Shown piece by piece: positions 33,757 through 56,200 of a DNA stretch of 64,000 nucleotides. Location of the stretch: NCBI GenBank assembly GCA_002633005.1, contig NMRA01000159.1, positions 1 to 64,000 of the forward strand, read 5' to 3'. This DNA is from Phoronis australis (taxonomy: Eukaryota; Animalia; Phoronida). Within the stretch, counting starts at the first letter, position 1. Every line of letters starts with the position of its first letter. A program made the translations under genes and the position numbers. The notes beneath the pieces are model-generated. The model was given only the letters and a program-made list of their open reading frames with translations, was not told where the DNA came from and searched no databases.

Positions 33757-35177
33757 CTAACAACCAACTACGTCTCTAAGTAAGTGACTTTTTTACAACT
33801 ACAATTCTGTTGGTTTATGTCGTTGCAACGAATTATAATAGTATATAGTAGTTTTCGTTCATGTTCACTTATGAGCGTGTTGCGTTCGGATCTTGGTCAC
33901 CTTGAGTTGCACTTGATATTGTGTGCATAGGAATGCAAGATGAGTTAGTAAGAAATATTAGTCTTTTGTAAAATGTATGTTTACCTAGTATTAGGAAGTC
34001 AGCTTCTTTCAGCTGTGGTGACAAAATGGTAGCACGCTTATTGTATTTTTGTCATACCACATACTTCAACTGTATTGTAGACTAATGGAAACATTGTAGG
34101 TATGAAATTGTTAATATATGCTGTGGCCAAGACAGCTCGACAGACAGCACCACCTGTTACGATTTGTGGAGACTGAAATTGATGTGTGTTAGAAAAGTCG
34201 ACGCTTAGCGGTCTTCTCACTGCAGTTCAGTGTCTCTTGGTGCAAGTTTCTTTGTGAGGTGGGACACTTGAACTATCTTATGTTATGTGGACTTGTTTTG
34301 ACGTACGGATGGATTTGGCAGAGTCTGGTTTTTAAGGGTAAGCGAAAGTTGTCTCGATACTACGACTCGTAGTTTTTTCTAGATATTCAGCAAAACTTGC
34401 ACAAGTTGTTTCCAGCCTGAATGTCTGATCAATGGGAAATTTGACTCGTCTGATGGGCATATGGCTCAAACTGTCATCTGCAGTGCAACACTGTGACTGG
34501 TTTTTCCTAGTTTTTACTTGCGTGTGTCAAGTCATGCCAGTTTTACTGCATCTCCTTTTTAGCCATCGTTCCTTTAGTCTTAAGGCAGCTAGGAATCCGT
34601 CTTCATCTAGAAAAACAGCTTTTGATATTGACCAGTTGCCATTATGAAATTGGTGTCAAATTGTTCTATAGTCATATTGGAGGTGATTTCAGGGGTTTGA
34701 AAGAGCTGGCAGCCCGTTATTATTGGGACCAGGCTCTTCAAGTTGTCTAGTCTTAAGGAATAACAAACTGTCAGATCTTGGCCAGAAATGACTTGGTGAC
34801 AAATTTTACTGTGGCAAAATCAGAAGTTGACTTCACTGGAATTTTGCGGGTAGCATTTGTGCTGTGGTGCTAGGGGTCGCCACCATCTGGTTACTGTAGT
34901 TTCACATCCCAGAGCAAACGCAATACCTGACAGACTGGACATTCCCACATTACACTATATTATGTATGCATACAGTGATCCACGAAACTGACATTTTTCA
35001 ATGAGGTCAGTTCAAGTGTTGAATGCCTAGTCAGTCGGGGAATCAGTCAGGGTCACCGCTGAGGGTGTTTTTGGCCGTCTGCCTCAAGGGAGCAATAGCG
35101 AACTGATGAGCTCCTAGCTGTGGTGAACATTAGTGGCTTCAGAATAGGTGTGGAATGACGAGACAGTCTTGTTTTAA

Positions 35178-35395
35178 CAGGGCTTGGAAGTTTCTCTTTT
35201 TTATTTCAATTACCTCTTATTTCATTTCAACTTACTTCGTCTCTTTTAGTCATTATTTTGACTTGATTCATGCAAAAACATTTACTTCAGTTAAATTTTA
35301 CAACACGAAAAATATTTTATCACACAAGCCTATTTGTGAAACGATACGTCACATGGAAAATTTTCCTGTTTTTTTTCATTGGTCATTCCAAGCCC
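35178..35395. mobile_element. Short degenerate relative of the CAGGGCTTGGAA MITE
   Basis: cagggcttggaa ... cattggtcattccaagccc. Confidence 0.55.
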
Positions 35396-35698
35396 AACAG
35401 TAATACCACCAAATCTTCAATTACTTCTCTATGTGAAAAAATACCACTTGCGGATGACAGAGGGTGCCCCTTTGTCTTGATCTGTCTGTTGCTGAATCCA
35501 AGGATAGTTTATGTTCGTTTCAAATGGCTCTCACCTAAACTGGTAACTTTTATGTTATTTGCAATTATTAATGTTACCAGATGAGGCCATTCAGGTAATC
35601 AGACTATAGTTGAGCATCCCCAGTGGAGGATGGGTCTTATTCTAATTTTTACGACTTCCTAGTAGTACATTCGTGATGTTTCTTCATTTGTACAGTTA

Positions 35699-35704
35699 AA
35701 TAAA
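35699..35704 (+). terminator. Candidate distal polyadenylation signal of the CIZ1-like gene
   Basis: AATAAA followed by a GT/T-rich tract (gctggttgttcttttgcattcttttt). Confidence 0.35.
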
Positions 35705-37423
35705 TCTGTTCCTGAAAGTGCTGGTTGTTCTTTTGCATTCTTTTTTGGTTGGACATTGAGCTTGATTATATTGGATGTGCCACGAAGCTGTTCTGCGATT
35801 AATTCACTGGAAATAGTCGTATCAGATGACTGGCCTATTTTTGATTCCAATTCCCAGCACACCAGTTTCAAATTTTAGGGTTGGCCAACCCTAACAAAAT
35901 CCAACAATTTTCTGATGTATTTCTTGTCCTGTTGAGGGTTTTCATCTTCTTGAAAACAAGTCTTGTTGTGGTAAGGAAATTTTTGAGATCAATTTTAATA
36001 ATTATGTGCCTTATTCGAATTTTATTTGTTGCTTTCTAAAATATGAGAAATGCAGTTTTAACTTGCCATTTTTAACAAAAGTATAAAGTTTCTAAATCCT
36101 AAATGACTAAAAGTTCTTCATTCCTTAAAAATGTCGGTCAATACGTCATAGTAACATGAAATCATAGTAATATGAAAATCTTTTTTCATGAAATTTGTCA
36201 TTTTTGATTTGAATATTTATTTTCCAAAATACCTAAATCATAGTTGAATTGATATATTCTTAAAGGCAACGTGTAGGAAACTGTATTTCAAAATTTTTGT
36301 TTACCTTAAAACAGTAGAAAAAGTTTCTTAAAAATGTTCCAAGACCTCATTATCAACATTTCTGCTGTTGGAAGAAAAAAATCTGAGGCCCACTGCCCTT
36401 GGTAGCAAATAATACCAAAGTGTGTAAAATTTCATACAAAAATGACCAGAGCGCTAAGAAGTGAATGTTAAAACTGCTAATGAAAATTCTTGAAAATCAA
36501 AAGCCCTCCGAATTGCCACGTAATTAAAATCAATAAAACGAGTCGTTCCCAACCTGCAACGAATAGTAATGAAAGACAAACTAAGTATAATTTCATGCGA
36601 TATAAGTATTTTACATTAATTTTTTTGATAACAATGCTGTGAAAATTGACAATTACCTTCAGTTCAATAACTCAGTTCCAAGTGAATGTTGAGCCTGTAG
36701 CGGTCACGGCGAGAGAACTCTCAAATTCAGTCCAACTGACTTCATTAGCTCACTTATAGGAAATTGTTGAAGGACCAAAAGTGCCCAGTTGCGGGTACAA
36801 ATACTGTGGCAACACGTCTGCTCATATTGAAGGAGTGCTGGGCCACCATAACGCCATAAACGGCATTTTTCAAAATGGACTGGACAGACATCGACCAGAA
36901 TTCTGTCCCACTCCACCAAACTTCTTGCAACAGTTTCACAATTTAGTCAAACATTTTATCTCAATAAAATTACCTTTTGTATTACTAAAGCCAGAGTGTA
37001 ATGTGACGTTATTGCACCCGGCTGCTAGTGTAACCCTTATCCTGCTAAGCCTCTATTCAGACAACTTTCCCTGTGTGCTGAGCTAAGTAGGTCACCACTG
37101 CTGCTATGCACTGGGCTGTTACAAAGGTCACTCAGATTAATGACCTAACATTTTTAAATTGGAAATTTTAAGGGGTAATGTCAACTTCACATAAAAGTAG
37201 TCTGCACAAAAGTTGTTCAGAATTTAATGGATTTTCAACATATACATATCTTTATCATAGCCTTGCTATGAATAATTCTATTAACTTTCAAACTGAACAC
37301 CCTGGCTTATTTTTTATTTGTTTTCGCACATGAGAACATTTGATGTTGATAGCTGATACTCAAAAACCGTAATAAGCATTTTTACAAGGGAATTCATGGG
37401 ACTTGCATGTTTAATAAAGCAGA

Positions 37424-37429
37424 TTTATT
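37424..37429 (-). terminator. Candidate DHPS polyadenylation signal
   Basis: TTTATT (AATAAA on the minus strand) about 1.5 kb after the DHPS stop. Confidence 0.35.
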
Positions 37430-38976
37430 GTCTGTAACATCACATCTACAAACAAGAATGTACAGTATATAACATAGGGCCTACCTCAACTGTGCACGAT
37501 AACAAATTTATGACTGGTGCAGTCGCTTGCTAAAGTCAGACTGTTTTGAAGTTCACCTTGGTGTGCAAAAACTTGAAACACGGGTGAAGACACAAAGCTA
37601 TTCTGTGAAAAAGTCATGAAAATATCTAGTTCTGAATGAGTTCCATCATCTTTCAGAGGGCGTGAGCCAAGCTCAGCTTCAGGGACCGATAACTCCTCCA
37701 AAATTGCACTGAGATCCGAATAGATAGAATCTAGTGCATTACTTGTGACTGTTGTATTAGTTTCCCCAGTCACTGTCACCATCACTTTCGAATGCCAATT
37801 CCAGCTCGTTTTCACTATCTGAGTCCATGAAAACTTCCTCAAGAAACTGGTCAACAGACATCTTACCCCGTTTGGCACCAGCCAAGATAAAACTTGCGTA
37901 AACTTTCAAATATCTCGGCAACAACTCACCACAGCCATATGTTGTAAATCAGAAAAATGTACAGGAAACTATGAACTGTGGAATGCGCATGCTCACATAT
38001 ATAAACAGCATACGGGCTTTCACAATTTCTGAATGAAAAACACCAGTGTCCTGGGGTGAGTACACCCTCCTTGTGCAGTCTAGCCGTAGCTTATTATAAG
38101 CGATTGAATACACCCGACGCAATTTAATAGGATAATTGGCTTGTCAGCTGACATCGCCTAGCGCAGGATAAGGGTTAAATGAAAATGGACGTGCCGTGAT
38201 TTTGATTGAATCATTGGAGCCACACCTGTCGAGATTCTGTCAGGAATTTGATGAAATTCAAACATGTTCTAGTAAAAAAGGAATGGACATTTAATTGCAC
38301 TTTTATGTGCCAAAACGATGTCCAATTACCATGCTGTTCAGTTTCTTATGAAAACTAAGATACTCCCAGTGCTGCCACTCGCCAAAATCAAAAAAAGTAT
38401 CCACGTTGTCATAAAAGCGGCTGGCAAAGATTTTTGGACAGCTCCAACTACTGAGGCTCCTCCTAGTGGCAGTTTTTTTCATCCATGACTGGATCTCCTA
38501 AACCCTTGGCAGGATCTTTATTAAATTTAGCAGGTACATTTGTATGAAGTTGATGACAGATGGCGACGACTTTCAGATGGCAATTTCTTGCCTCTGTACC
38601 TCTAAAATTACTTGAGGAATTTTTATGAAATTTTGTAAACACGTTTCTATTAAAGAGACATATTACCATTTTTATCTTTTTAAGTCTGTCTTTGGCATCC
38701 GCCTCTCTGTCAGCTAGATGACCAAGGGGAAGGGGATGGCTGGCGATGATTTTTGGATGGCTCCACCTACTGTAGCACCTCCTAGTGGCAGTTTTGTTTT
38801 TGTGTCTATGGGTTTATCTCCTATGTGACTCTGTTGATCAGCAATTTTAAAGAGACTTTGACTGCAACAAAAAGTATAGAGCACCCAAAAAAGCATGGAA
38901 AAATATAAAATATGATTTTCACCAAAAAGTATCACTTTCAAAAAAGTACAAAGTGGTGGCACTGTACTCCGTCTGC

Positions 38977-48129
<9,153 letters not shown>

Positions 48130-48999
48130 TGAGGATTGTTTATCTGTCCTGCCTTTTTGAAGCTGCAAAAGCGCGACATCGGGACTTAATCGAAGTGGCG
48201 ATCCTTATGTGTTGGCGCATGATAGTGAATAAAATTGAACAGTGCATAAATGCAAAAATAACAACAAAACAAAGTGCGGATTAGAGTCAGGTTAAAAACA
48301 AGTTTTATTATTTACTGAGTAAGGTTGATGTTTAAGATGCGACTCGTGAACACCTCTATTGTTTCTGATCAAATGGCATGTTGTGGGAGTCTATTCCAAA
48401 GTAAAACAGTAACTGAGAACAGAGTTTGCGTACTATGCAGTGCCAATGTATGTTCTGTCAAAGGTATGAATCAGAGTGGGAATAATGTGAACTAGCAATA
48501 TGCAGTGGTGAAAGGTATGTGTGGGGGATGGCAACCAGACTGTGTACTGTCTGGCACATGAGAGACAGTTTGTTTTGAGTACGTCTTTTTTGAAGAGTGG
48601 GCCATTTGAGAGTAGTGAACATTGTCATAACAGAGCCAGAGGTGAGAAGTCAGAGCCAGAGCCTGATGTCGAGGAGCATTTGGATTAATCATTATCTAAG
48701 GACGAACCTGGCTGCTCCATTGAATTCTTTCTATCTTAATAATGAGCAATGTCTCGTTAGTGAGTGGCTTTTACTTGTAACAGTGGCTCATATTCATCGG
48801 AAGCACCTCTCACAACAACGAACGATGTCGAGTTACGCACTAACAAGCCAGGCCAAGGTAATGCAACTGAATATAATCACCACTCACATCACTAACTACC
48901 GTAGCCAGCCAGCTAGCTGTACGAAGACTATCGTCAAAATACAGCTAGGTACCACTGTGTGTATCTATTTCTTCCGTAGACCCTGAAATTGCACACAGC

Positions 49000-50146
49000 C
49001 AGGGTAGTTCTGCTCGTCACCTCGCCGTGAAACTTGTATCAACATGGAAAGCTAAAGACCGGATGGGGTGCATGCAAAATCTGGAAATCAACCGACCCTC
49101 ACCTTGCTGTTACAGACATTAAGTGAAAAAATGCAATAAATGTCATTTTCTTGCGTAACTCTCCGCCTTTCCTAACAATGAAAAGTATGTCGTCGTTTTG
49201 AAACAGTACGCTCGTGTCACGCGCATGTGCCATTTCCTAAATTTTTGCGACATCTCTCGGGAGATGGTGATAGCTTGGCAGCAGCAAAATTTCTTCAGAA
49301 GTTCGTTTTTTCGGTATCAAAATTCTAAAAACTTTAAATGAAGTGAAACAAGTTCCGTTAATTTGTTGTGACATGTACGCAACCTCGTGAAAGAACAGTA
49401 GATTGAAGAATCGGCGAAAAAAGAAACTGGCCAATAGGTGACGCAATATTTCATGGCGCCGAAAGCCGTCGCTGAAGATCACTCCACAACTTTAGCAGCA
49501 GAACAATGGTAGAACGCTATTTTTTCCAACACCGTTAAATAATTTAGTTTACTCAAGGAAGACTTTAGTTTTTAATGACATTTTAATTTTGTGTCAGATT
49601 TTATCTTACCACTTTTTACCCACATTGGTGCAAAGCTGTGTATTTAGTATACAGCTTTGAACCAAGTCCAACTCCAAGCCTTGGACTTGGTCCAAGGCTG
49701 CTATTACCGGTCCCCACCAATAGGCACCTGTGCACGGCTACGAAATATGCCTATTTCAAGATTAAATAACGACTAATGTATTTAGCGAGTAGCAAATGGT
49801 TTAATAAACAAATTGTTGACTTTACCTAGTCAACAATAAACACCGATCCCGGAAAACAAGTCCAACACAAAACGCATGTTGACAAGGAAGCGGAACTGTA
49901 CAAAAAGCATGCGCATTACCCTTTCTCAACAACCTTGTAGTCTGGAATCCCTAGGGAGTTTAATCGCTCAATAAACATTTCACAGCTACAACGCTTAAAT
50001 TCCATATACCAATTGCGTTCAAATCGTAGCCTATAATTTTATACAGCTTATTTTTCTTATGGACCTGTAGCATGCAAAGGCTAGATATCTGGAAGTCACA
50101 ACATGGTCTTGAGAGTATGCGGCTGTCACAACACAAGTTCGCAAAC
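49000..50146. promoter_or_regulatory. Probable shared bidirectional promoter region for DHPS and SCAI
   Basis: Divergent ATGs about 2 kb apart. NRF1-like GCATGCGCA (about 49907), ETS-like CCGGAA/GCGGAA (about 49849-49895), and minus-strand donor candidates at about 49102 and 49919. Confidence 0.5.
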
Positions 50147-50250
50147 ATGGAAGCAGAGGTGTCATTGAGCTTGACTGAAAACGAACGTAAAATAGTTAAT
50201 GAATTTGCGCATTTATTGGAAAAATCTAAGCAGCTTTTCAATGGACTAAG
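50147..50250 (+). CDS. SCAI: SCAI coding exon 1
   Basis: aacATGG Kozak context and phase-2 donor GTATGT. Upstream in-frame ATGs at 50072 and 50117 are also possible. Confidence 0.88.
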
Positions 50251-53200
50251 GTATGTCTTTTACTATGCGTTATCTCTTGCAAATTTTTCCTCAGTTTGCT
50301 CGTTATCTCGCCAACTTTCAAAAAACATCTTCCCGCTCAGCCTGCGCTGGACTTCAACTGGTTGGATGGAGTTAGATAGGCAATGACCATCGCCTCAGTT
50401 GGCCCGAACCAGAGGCGATGCAGCTCCTATAGGCGCTCCATACGCCGGAAGATTTTCGATGAATTATGCCTCGCACTGGCTAAAGCATGAAAGTCACGTT
50501 GTTATTAATACCTTTTGCGTGTATAGGGACACCTTAGGAGGTTGGCGGTGTGTTTAATTCCTTCCAACTCGAACAAATACTTCCGTTATCGAACTTTTTG
50601 TTCGAGCTGTAACTCGTCCAGTTTCCAAAATCGTGAACTCACCATTTTTATATTGCGCACGCTCCAATTTTTACCGCGCTCGCTAGGTGATGTGACTTCA
50701 TGACCTCAATCTTTAAATAGGCCAAAGGTGAGCCAATGCGGTCTTGTCAGTCAAATGTTTCGTTTCCAAAATGCCACCACTTATACTTGTCTTTGATTGG
50801 TGTTACTTGAAACTTATTGTTTGTATTTGATAAAAATAAATGCTGTTGATATGACATTTAATAGTCTTTGTGCGCATATTTGACATTTTAATGTTTAACA
50901 ACACAGCTCAAATGCACGGCCGGTGCCCGGCAGCACGTACACAAAGGGCGGGAACTTCAGCTTTCAAAGTTCGCCGGTAAGACCGCAACTTCTGACCTTC
51001 GGCCTGGTTAAAAGAATTTCTTGGCGTGCGCCGAGTGAAAATGTTGAGTTCACGATTTTGGGAACTGAAATAGTGACTGCTCGAAGAAAAAGTTTGATAA
51101 CTGTAGTATTTGTTTGAGTTGGAAGGAATTAAACACATCGACAACTTCCTAAGGTGTTCCTCTCTACGCAAAAGGTATTTATAACAACGTGACTTTGATG
51201 GTTTAGTCAGTGCGAGGCATAATTCGCCAAAAAGCTTCCGGCGTATGGAGCGCCTATAGGAGCTGCGTCGCCTCAGGTTCGGGCCAACAGAGGCGATGGT
51301 CATTGCCTAGGAGTTAGACGGTGACCACCATCTCTAGCTGGTTCAGTAGAGACGATGTAGCTCCTCTAGGAGCTTCATACGCTGGAATCTTTTCTGCGAA
51401 TTATACCTCACACTGATTATAAAAATAAAAGTCATGCTGTTAGTACATTTTGTGTGCATATAGCCATATAGGGACACCTTAGCCGAGGCTAAGGATTATT
51501 AGTTATGAAGTCATCAATGTCTAATTCCTTCCAACTTGAACAAATACTCCTGTCTTGTTATAAAACGTTTTCGTGGAGCAGTCCTTCATTCAGTTTCCAA
51601 AATCAGAAACTGGCCCTTTTTAACAATGCGTGTGGCATGTGGTATGACATCATATCCCATGAGCTTTAAGTTACTAGGCCTTTGATGTCTAATTCCTTCC
51701 TACTCAATCAAATACTTTAACTTGGGTAATTACGATTTTTTCCCAATATGTTTACTATGTTTGTCAAAGACATCATTTTGTCCACATACGAGAGGTGCAA
51801 AGTTGGGTCACTTCGCAAGGTCGCAAGCACAAAGCATGTATGGCAGAACTCCTTTGTAAGTGTATAACAGTAGGAGATTCTATACATTGTGTTTCTGATC
51901 GTTTTCCTCTCGTATTAGTGTTGCCATAAAACCCCATTAATTATCAAAATGGTTTCTGGGGACTGCTGCAATTCTGTGGTACATTCCAGGGTTCTCAACC
52001 GGCTGAACTTGTAGCATAACCCTGCACCGCTTTTAATTTCAGGTATTGGCTTTGCAGCTTGTTTAAACGTTCCCCCCTCTTTTCTTCCCCCTTTTAATTT
52101 GTTCAGCCAGGAAATGTTTACCTACACTCAATATAGGTCTTCATTTTTTCGTTTTTATTTATTTACAATTATTATTTAGCACAGAAGCTGTAATACAATT
52201 TGATAGCTGAAGTTCCTTTCAAATTTATGAGATTGAAAATGGAAGCACTTTTGAGGAGCATCTAATTATTTGGACGTAGGCAATGAAGTCGTTACCTTCT
52301 TCAAAAGTTTTTGATCTCCATGATTCGGGGATCATTTTCAAAGTGATGGCTGTGGAGTACCCAGACATGTGATGGCAGGGTCCAATGGTGTAGGCGGGGG
52401 AAACATTTCTCCATTCAATATTGCTTTAATTTGGATTATAAAGACTTGTTCATTTTAAGCGAGGGGTGACAGAACTGCCATGAAAAATACACCTGGTGAA
52501 GGAACTGTCTGTAAAACTGAAGCTCTGTTCTGTCTTATTTTCCAAGGACTGCACAAGAAATTGTAGATTAAAAAATCTAACACAAGACTGTAGTAGTTTC
52601 TAGTAGTGCAATAACTGAAAACCCCCTGAGATAATGCACCAGTACCACTGTCGTCTCAAGTTGTCAAGTGTAGCAGTTTGCCTGGCAAAAGAGATCAAAG
52701 GTTCAGAATCACTCAGAATAAAAATAGACGAAATGGAGTTAATGAAACAGTGACATGGTTTTGAGTTGTGTTGCCTAGGTTTTAAGTGAATAAAAACAGG
52801 TTCTTGTTGTTGTGGGTTTGATGTTGGGAATCAAAGAAAAAATTCTTTACTTTAAAGTGCCATGATCATTGGCAAAAATAGTATTGAACTTTAGTCTTAT
52901 TTTTATTATATGCAGATTTTACTCATTCTTCAAATGACTTATATTGACAGAAAGATTTTCTAAAATGCAGAAAATGAGATCTAAATTTTACAGAAAATTC
53001 TTGAGACAGTCTGTCCAAATCCTCCAATATTAGTAGACAGTCCCTTTCGTAACGTTTGGTTGTTAGCGCACGGGATGCACTTGATGGTCTTGGAATTTTA
53101 AGGTAACATATCTCAACCTATCAACAAGAGATTTGCCCATCGAAATCGCACGTCATGTGAATGGCACATTATATGTTTGAAACTCAGTGCTATAACACGA

Positions 53201-56200
53201 GCCTCTGATTGAACAATCCATATACATAACTTGCTTGATAATGATACGCACACTTTCGTGTCACACCTAATGTTCAATTTCATTACAACACTGTTTAAAA
53301 ATACTGTCTCATCTCCAACTTCTAGTACTTGGGAACACCAAACAATTCCAAAACTATACAAAAATTGAATATTTTTAGCTTGAATTACCTAACGTGCAGC
53401 ACTTTATCCTATTTTGTGATAGATGCCTGTTTGAGTCAAACAGACACCACAGATGTTTTGAATTGCACTTTGCAGGTCGAAAAAACTTAAATTGAATACT
53501 GGAATTGGCTTTCTTGAGTTGGCGACGTTGTGTCCGTCTCTTATGGACTTCAGCTTGGCTAGTGGTGTTCCTATCGTTTTGGCAAATATGTGGCGTTTTA
53601 GCCAGACGACGCGGCATTAGTAATTGGATGAGTAAACAAACCAATTCATGTGCATTTTGCATGTAAATAAAAAGAAGAGTAAGAGCAGTTTAAACCTATA
53701 GGATGTTGACTGAGATTGTGAAAATGTTGCTATTGTGCCATTCTCAAAATATCCAGTTCATTTACTTCGTGACGATTGTATCAGACGTGTGCTGGTCACT
53801 CAGCCGGACTAATTGCATCGAACTCCTGTAACCATTTGTCATTTGTTAATACATGCATGTAACACACACAAATTAAGACTGAGCTTAGGAGCTAGAGACC
53901 TGACTCAATGTCTAAAAGTGTGGTCCAGTGGGATTCCAACCTACGATCTTGTGAACAGGATGCAAACACCCAACCCGCTTGGACATGCTGCCTCTTCTCT
54001 CTTCCTGAGAACTACCAGAAGTACGCAGTTTCAGTTTTGGAGTACATTTAAAGTGCCATTGATTATTATAGTATTAATCCAGTGATGTGTGAGGCCAGAT
54101 ACGTTTTCACATTTAGTCCACTCCAGAGTCAGGATTCAGGCAGTCAGTCCTCTACAAAGGAGTTGCAAAACTTCAAATTACTACAATCAAAAACTTTAAT
54201 TCCATTACAATTGCAAGTTATTGCTACTGTTATTGCTACTGCCTATCACATCATTGGCTGACAAGTGAAGCTGAGACCAGGAGGTGAAAACTAACTTCGT
54301 GAAGAATCTGAAAATTTCACAATTTGTGGGCCGGTGACATAAATAATTATCAAGCGGTGTTTTTACTATTTGCTCTCTATTTTAAAAGAAATATGCATTG
54401 TGTTGCCGGGTTACATAAAGCCCAATGTAAAAATCAACCGAGTGTGCAATCATGTGCTTTGTATGCTCAACTCATAACTGTGGACTCGTGTGTTGCCAAA
54501 AGCTCACTTGCAAGTTTCCAGTCAGTTAATGTGACGTCACCGGAAAGAGGGCAAAACCCTCCATATTGTTCTTGTTTTTCCTCGAGTCTTTGCTACACAC
54601 GCGAAATCTTACTGGAGTTCTTATGGTGAATTTTACGCTTAAAACGTTAACACGATTTAAGGATGCTAGATGGATCGTGGAATAACTGTGAATGGACGAA
54701 GAAATTGTGAACTTGTTAAGTTGTGCAAAGCTGTGAACAGACTGAAATTGGAACTCGACCCGGTCTAGGCCTGAATGCTGCAGGCATACAGGGGCGATAG
54801 TAGATCCCCATAAAAAGTTACTCATTTCGAAATACAGCAAATAAAATCAATTGAAACATGCATATGTGCACATGGAGTTATAATTAGCACATACCCTGAC
54901 TCTGAATACTATTTAATAGTCTACAAATAACTTGAACATATCCATGAAAACCTCGTGGTTTGCTCGAGTTTCTCTCAACGGGTGCCATTTTGAGGAAGTT
55001 ACGTGAAATCACGCCTGTTGACGAACAAAAAGTCCAAGGGACACAAACCTTACAAATTTCGCTTGATATTTTCCCATGCTATTGTGCAAGTGTCACGCGC
55101 TAGGTCACGCGCTTCGCTCAGTCTCGCGCTAGCCTTTGCTTCATACTCAACTGACTCAGTTGAAATACTTTGTGGTCAAATTTGACAGTAACCAAAAAGT
55201 GGAGTTGGAATTCTTCGCCAATCACCTGAATTCCCGTAGCTATGCTTCATCGAAGATATGTTTAGAAGCAGAAAGGATCACTGAAGAAAGTAAGTGCCTT
55301 TTTAGGTAATAATTTTAGGTGTAGAATGTATTTTTGACGAGGTGAAAACTTAATCAGTGAGCGGATTTCGCCTACCGCCCGTTTAAAATACTCAGGACGA
55401 AATTAGTACAGAACGCGATGGAACGTATTGTAGTGCGAATCTGAATTTCATTTGCCGTAACAGGAATGCTTGTTTGGCATTTTTCACACTAAAAGATTAA
55501 AAACTCAAAGTAAACAACAGAATACACTCTGCTACCGTATCGGGCAAATGGCCAAACGACAAGCTGTTGCCCCACTTCCGGTGACGTCACAGTTAAGTCT
55601 CACATAATCTTGCGTTATTGTTATAAACTCGCAAAAGGACTATTAAAATTTGGCTAGAGTTTAGTGGAAAAATTGCTAAATACTCCCTTTTTAGTGCCCA
55701 TGCTGATTGCCCACCTTCAGCGAACACGATGTAGACTTAAAGGAGAATGCCACCCGATTTAATTAGTCTTTTTTGCCGTCTTAATCGGTCTATATCCACA
55801 TCGCCTCGCATACGGTTGACCTTACCTTGCCAAGTGGTGTCGCGTTAACCTGTGTGGAAGGTGAGAAACGATGCTAGCGGCGTCAGTGGTTCATATGCAG
55901 AGTGAATGCCGCTATGTTGCGGTGCATCGGTCCCGCTTGTCCGAACTAAGCAGCTGCGAGGAAAGCGGGTATCGTTTTTTTTTTTACTTCCTCGAGAGTC
56001 CGAAATGCTTAGGAAGTGGCTCATGGTAATGAAGAATGAAATGTATGCTGTAAATAGCAAGTATGAGGCCGTGAAACATCTCCGTGTCTGTGGCCTGCAG
56101 ACGTCGACAGTGCCCGACGAATGCCGGCTTACCAAATAACTCCATACGTTCCATTGTCTGAGCTTGTTCACGGCGCCTCTCTAGTATTTCTTCATCACTT

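Larger units (their letters stand above)
32837..33805 (-). mobile_element. Penelope-like element with inverted pseudo-LTR arms (GIY-YIG C-terminus and RT thumb remnant)
   Basis: Inverted arms 32872-33209 and 33460-33805 encode RFKEH..TAVGEH..GHTI..RKLKEA.NI. The spacer encodes IYRKPTHTD.FLQFSSNHPLKHK. The element is flanked by the 13-bp direct repeat tctgttggtttat. Confidence 0.9.

Noticed and set aside
37486-37878. 130-aa minus-strand ORF downstream of DHPS
   Set aside because: No recognisable motif and no ATG start (GTG). It lies in the probable DHPS 3' UTR.
50908-51303. 131-aa ORF (and the similar ORF at 5364-5651) as a repeated gene
   Set aside because: They lie within the non-coding TIRs of the MULE element, and the frames are not conserved between arms.
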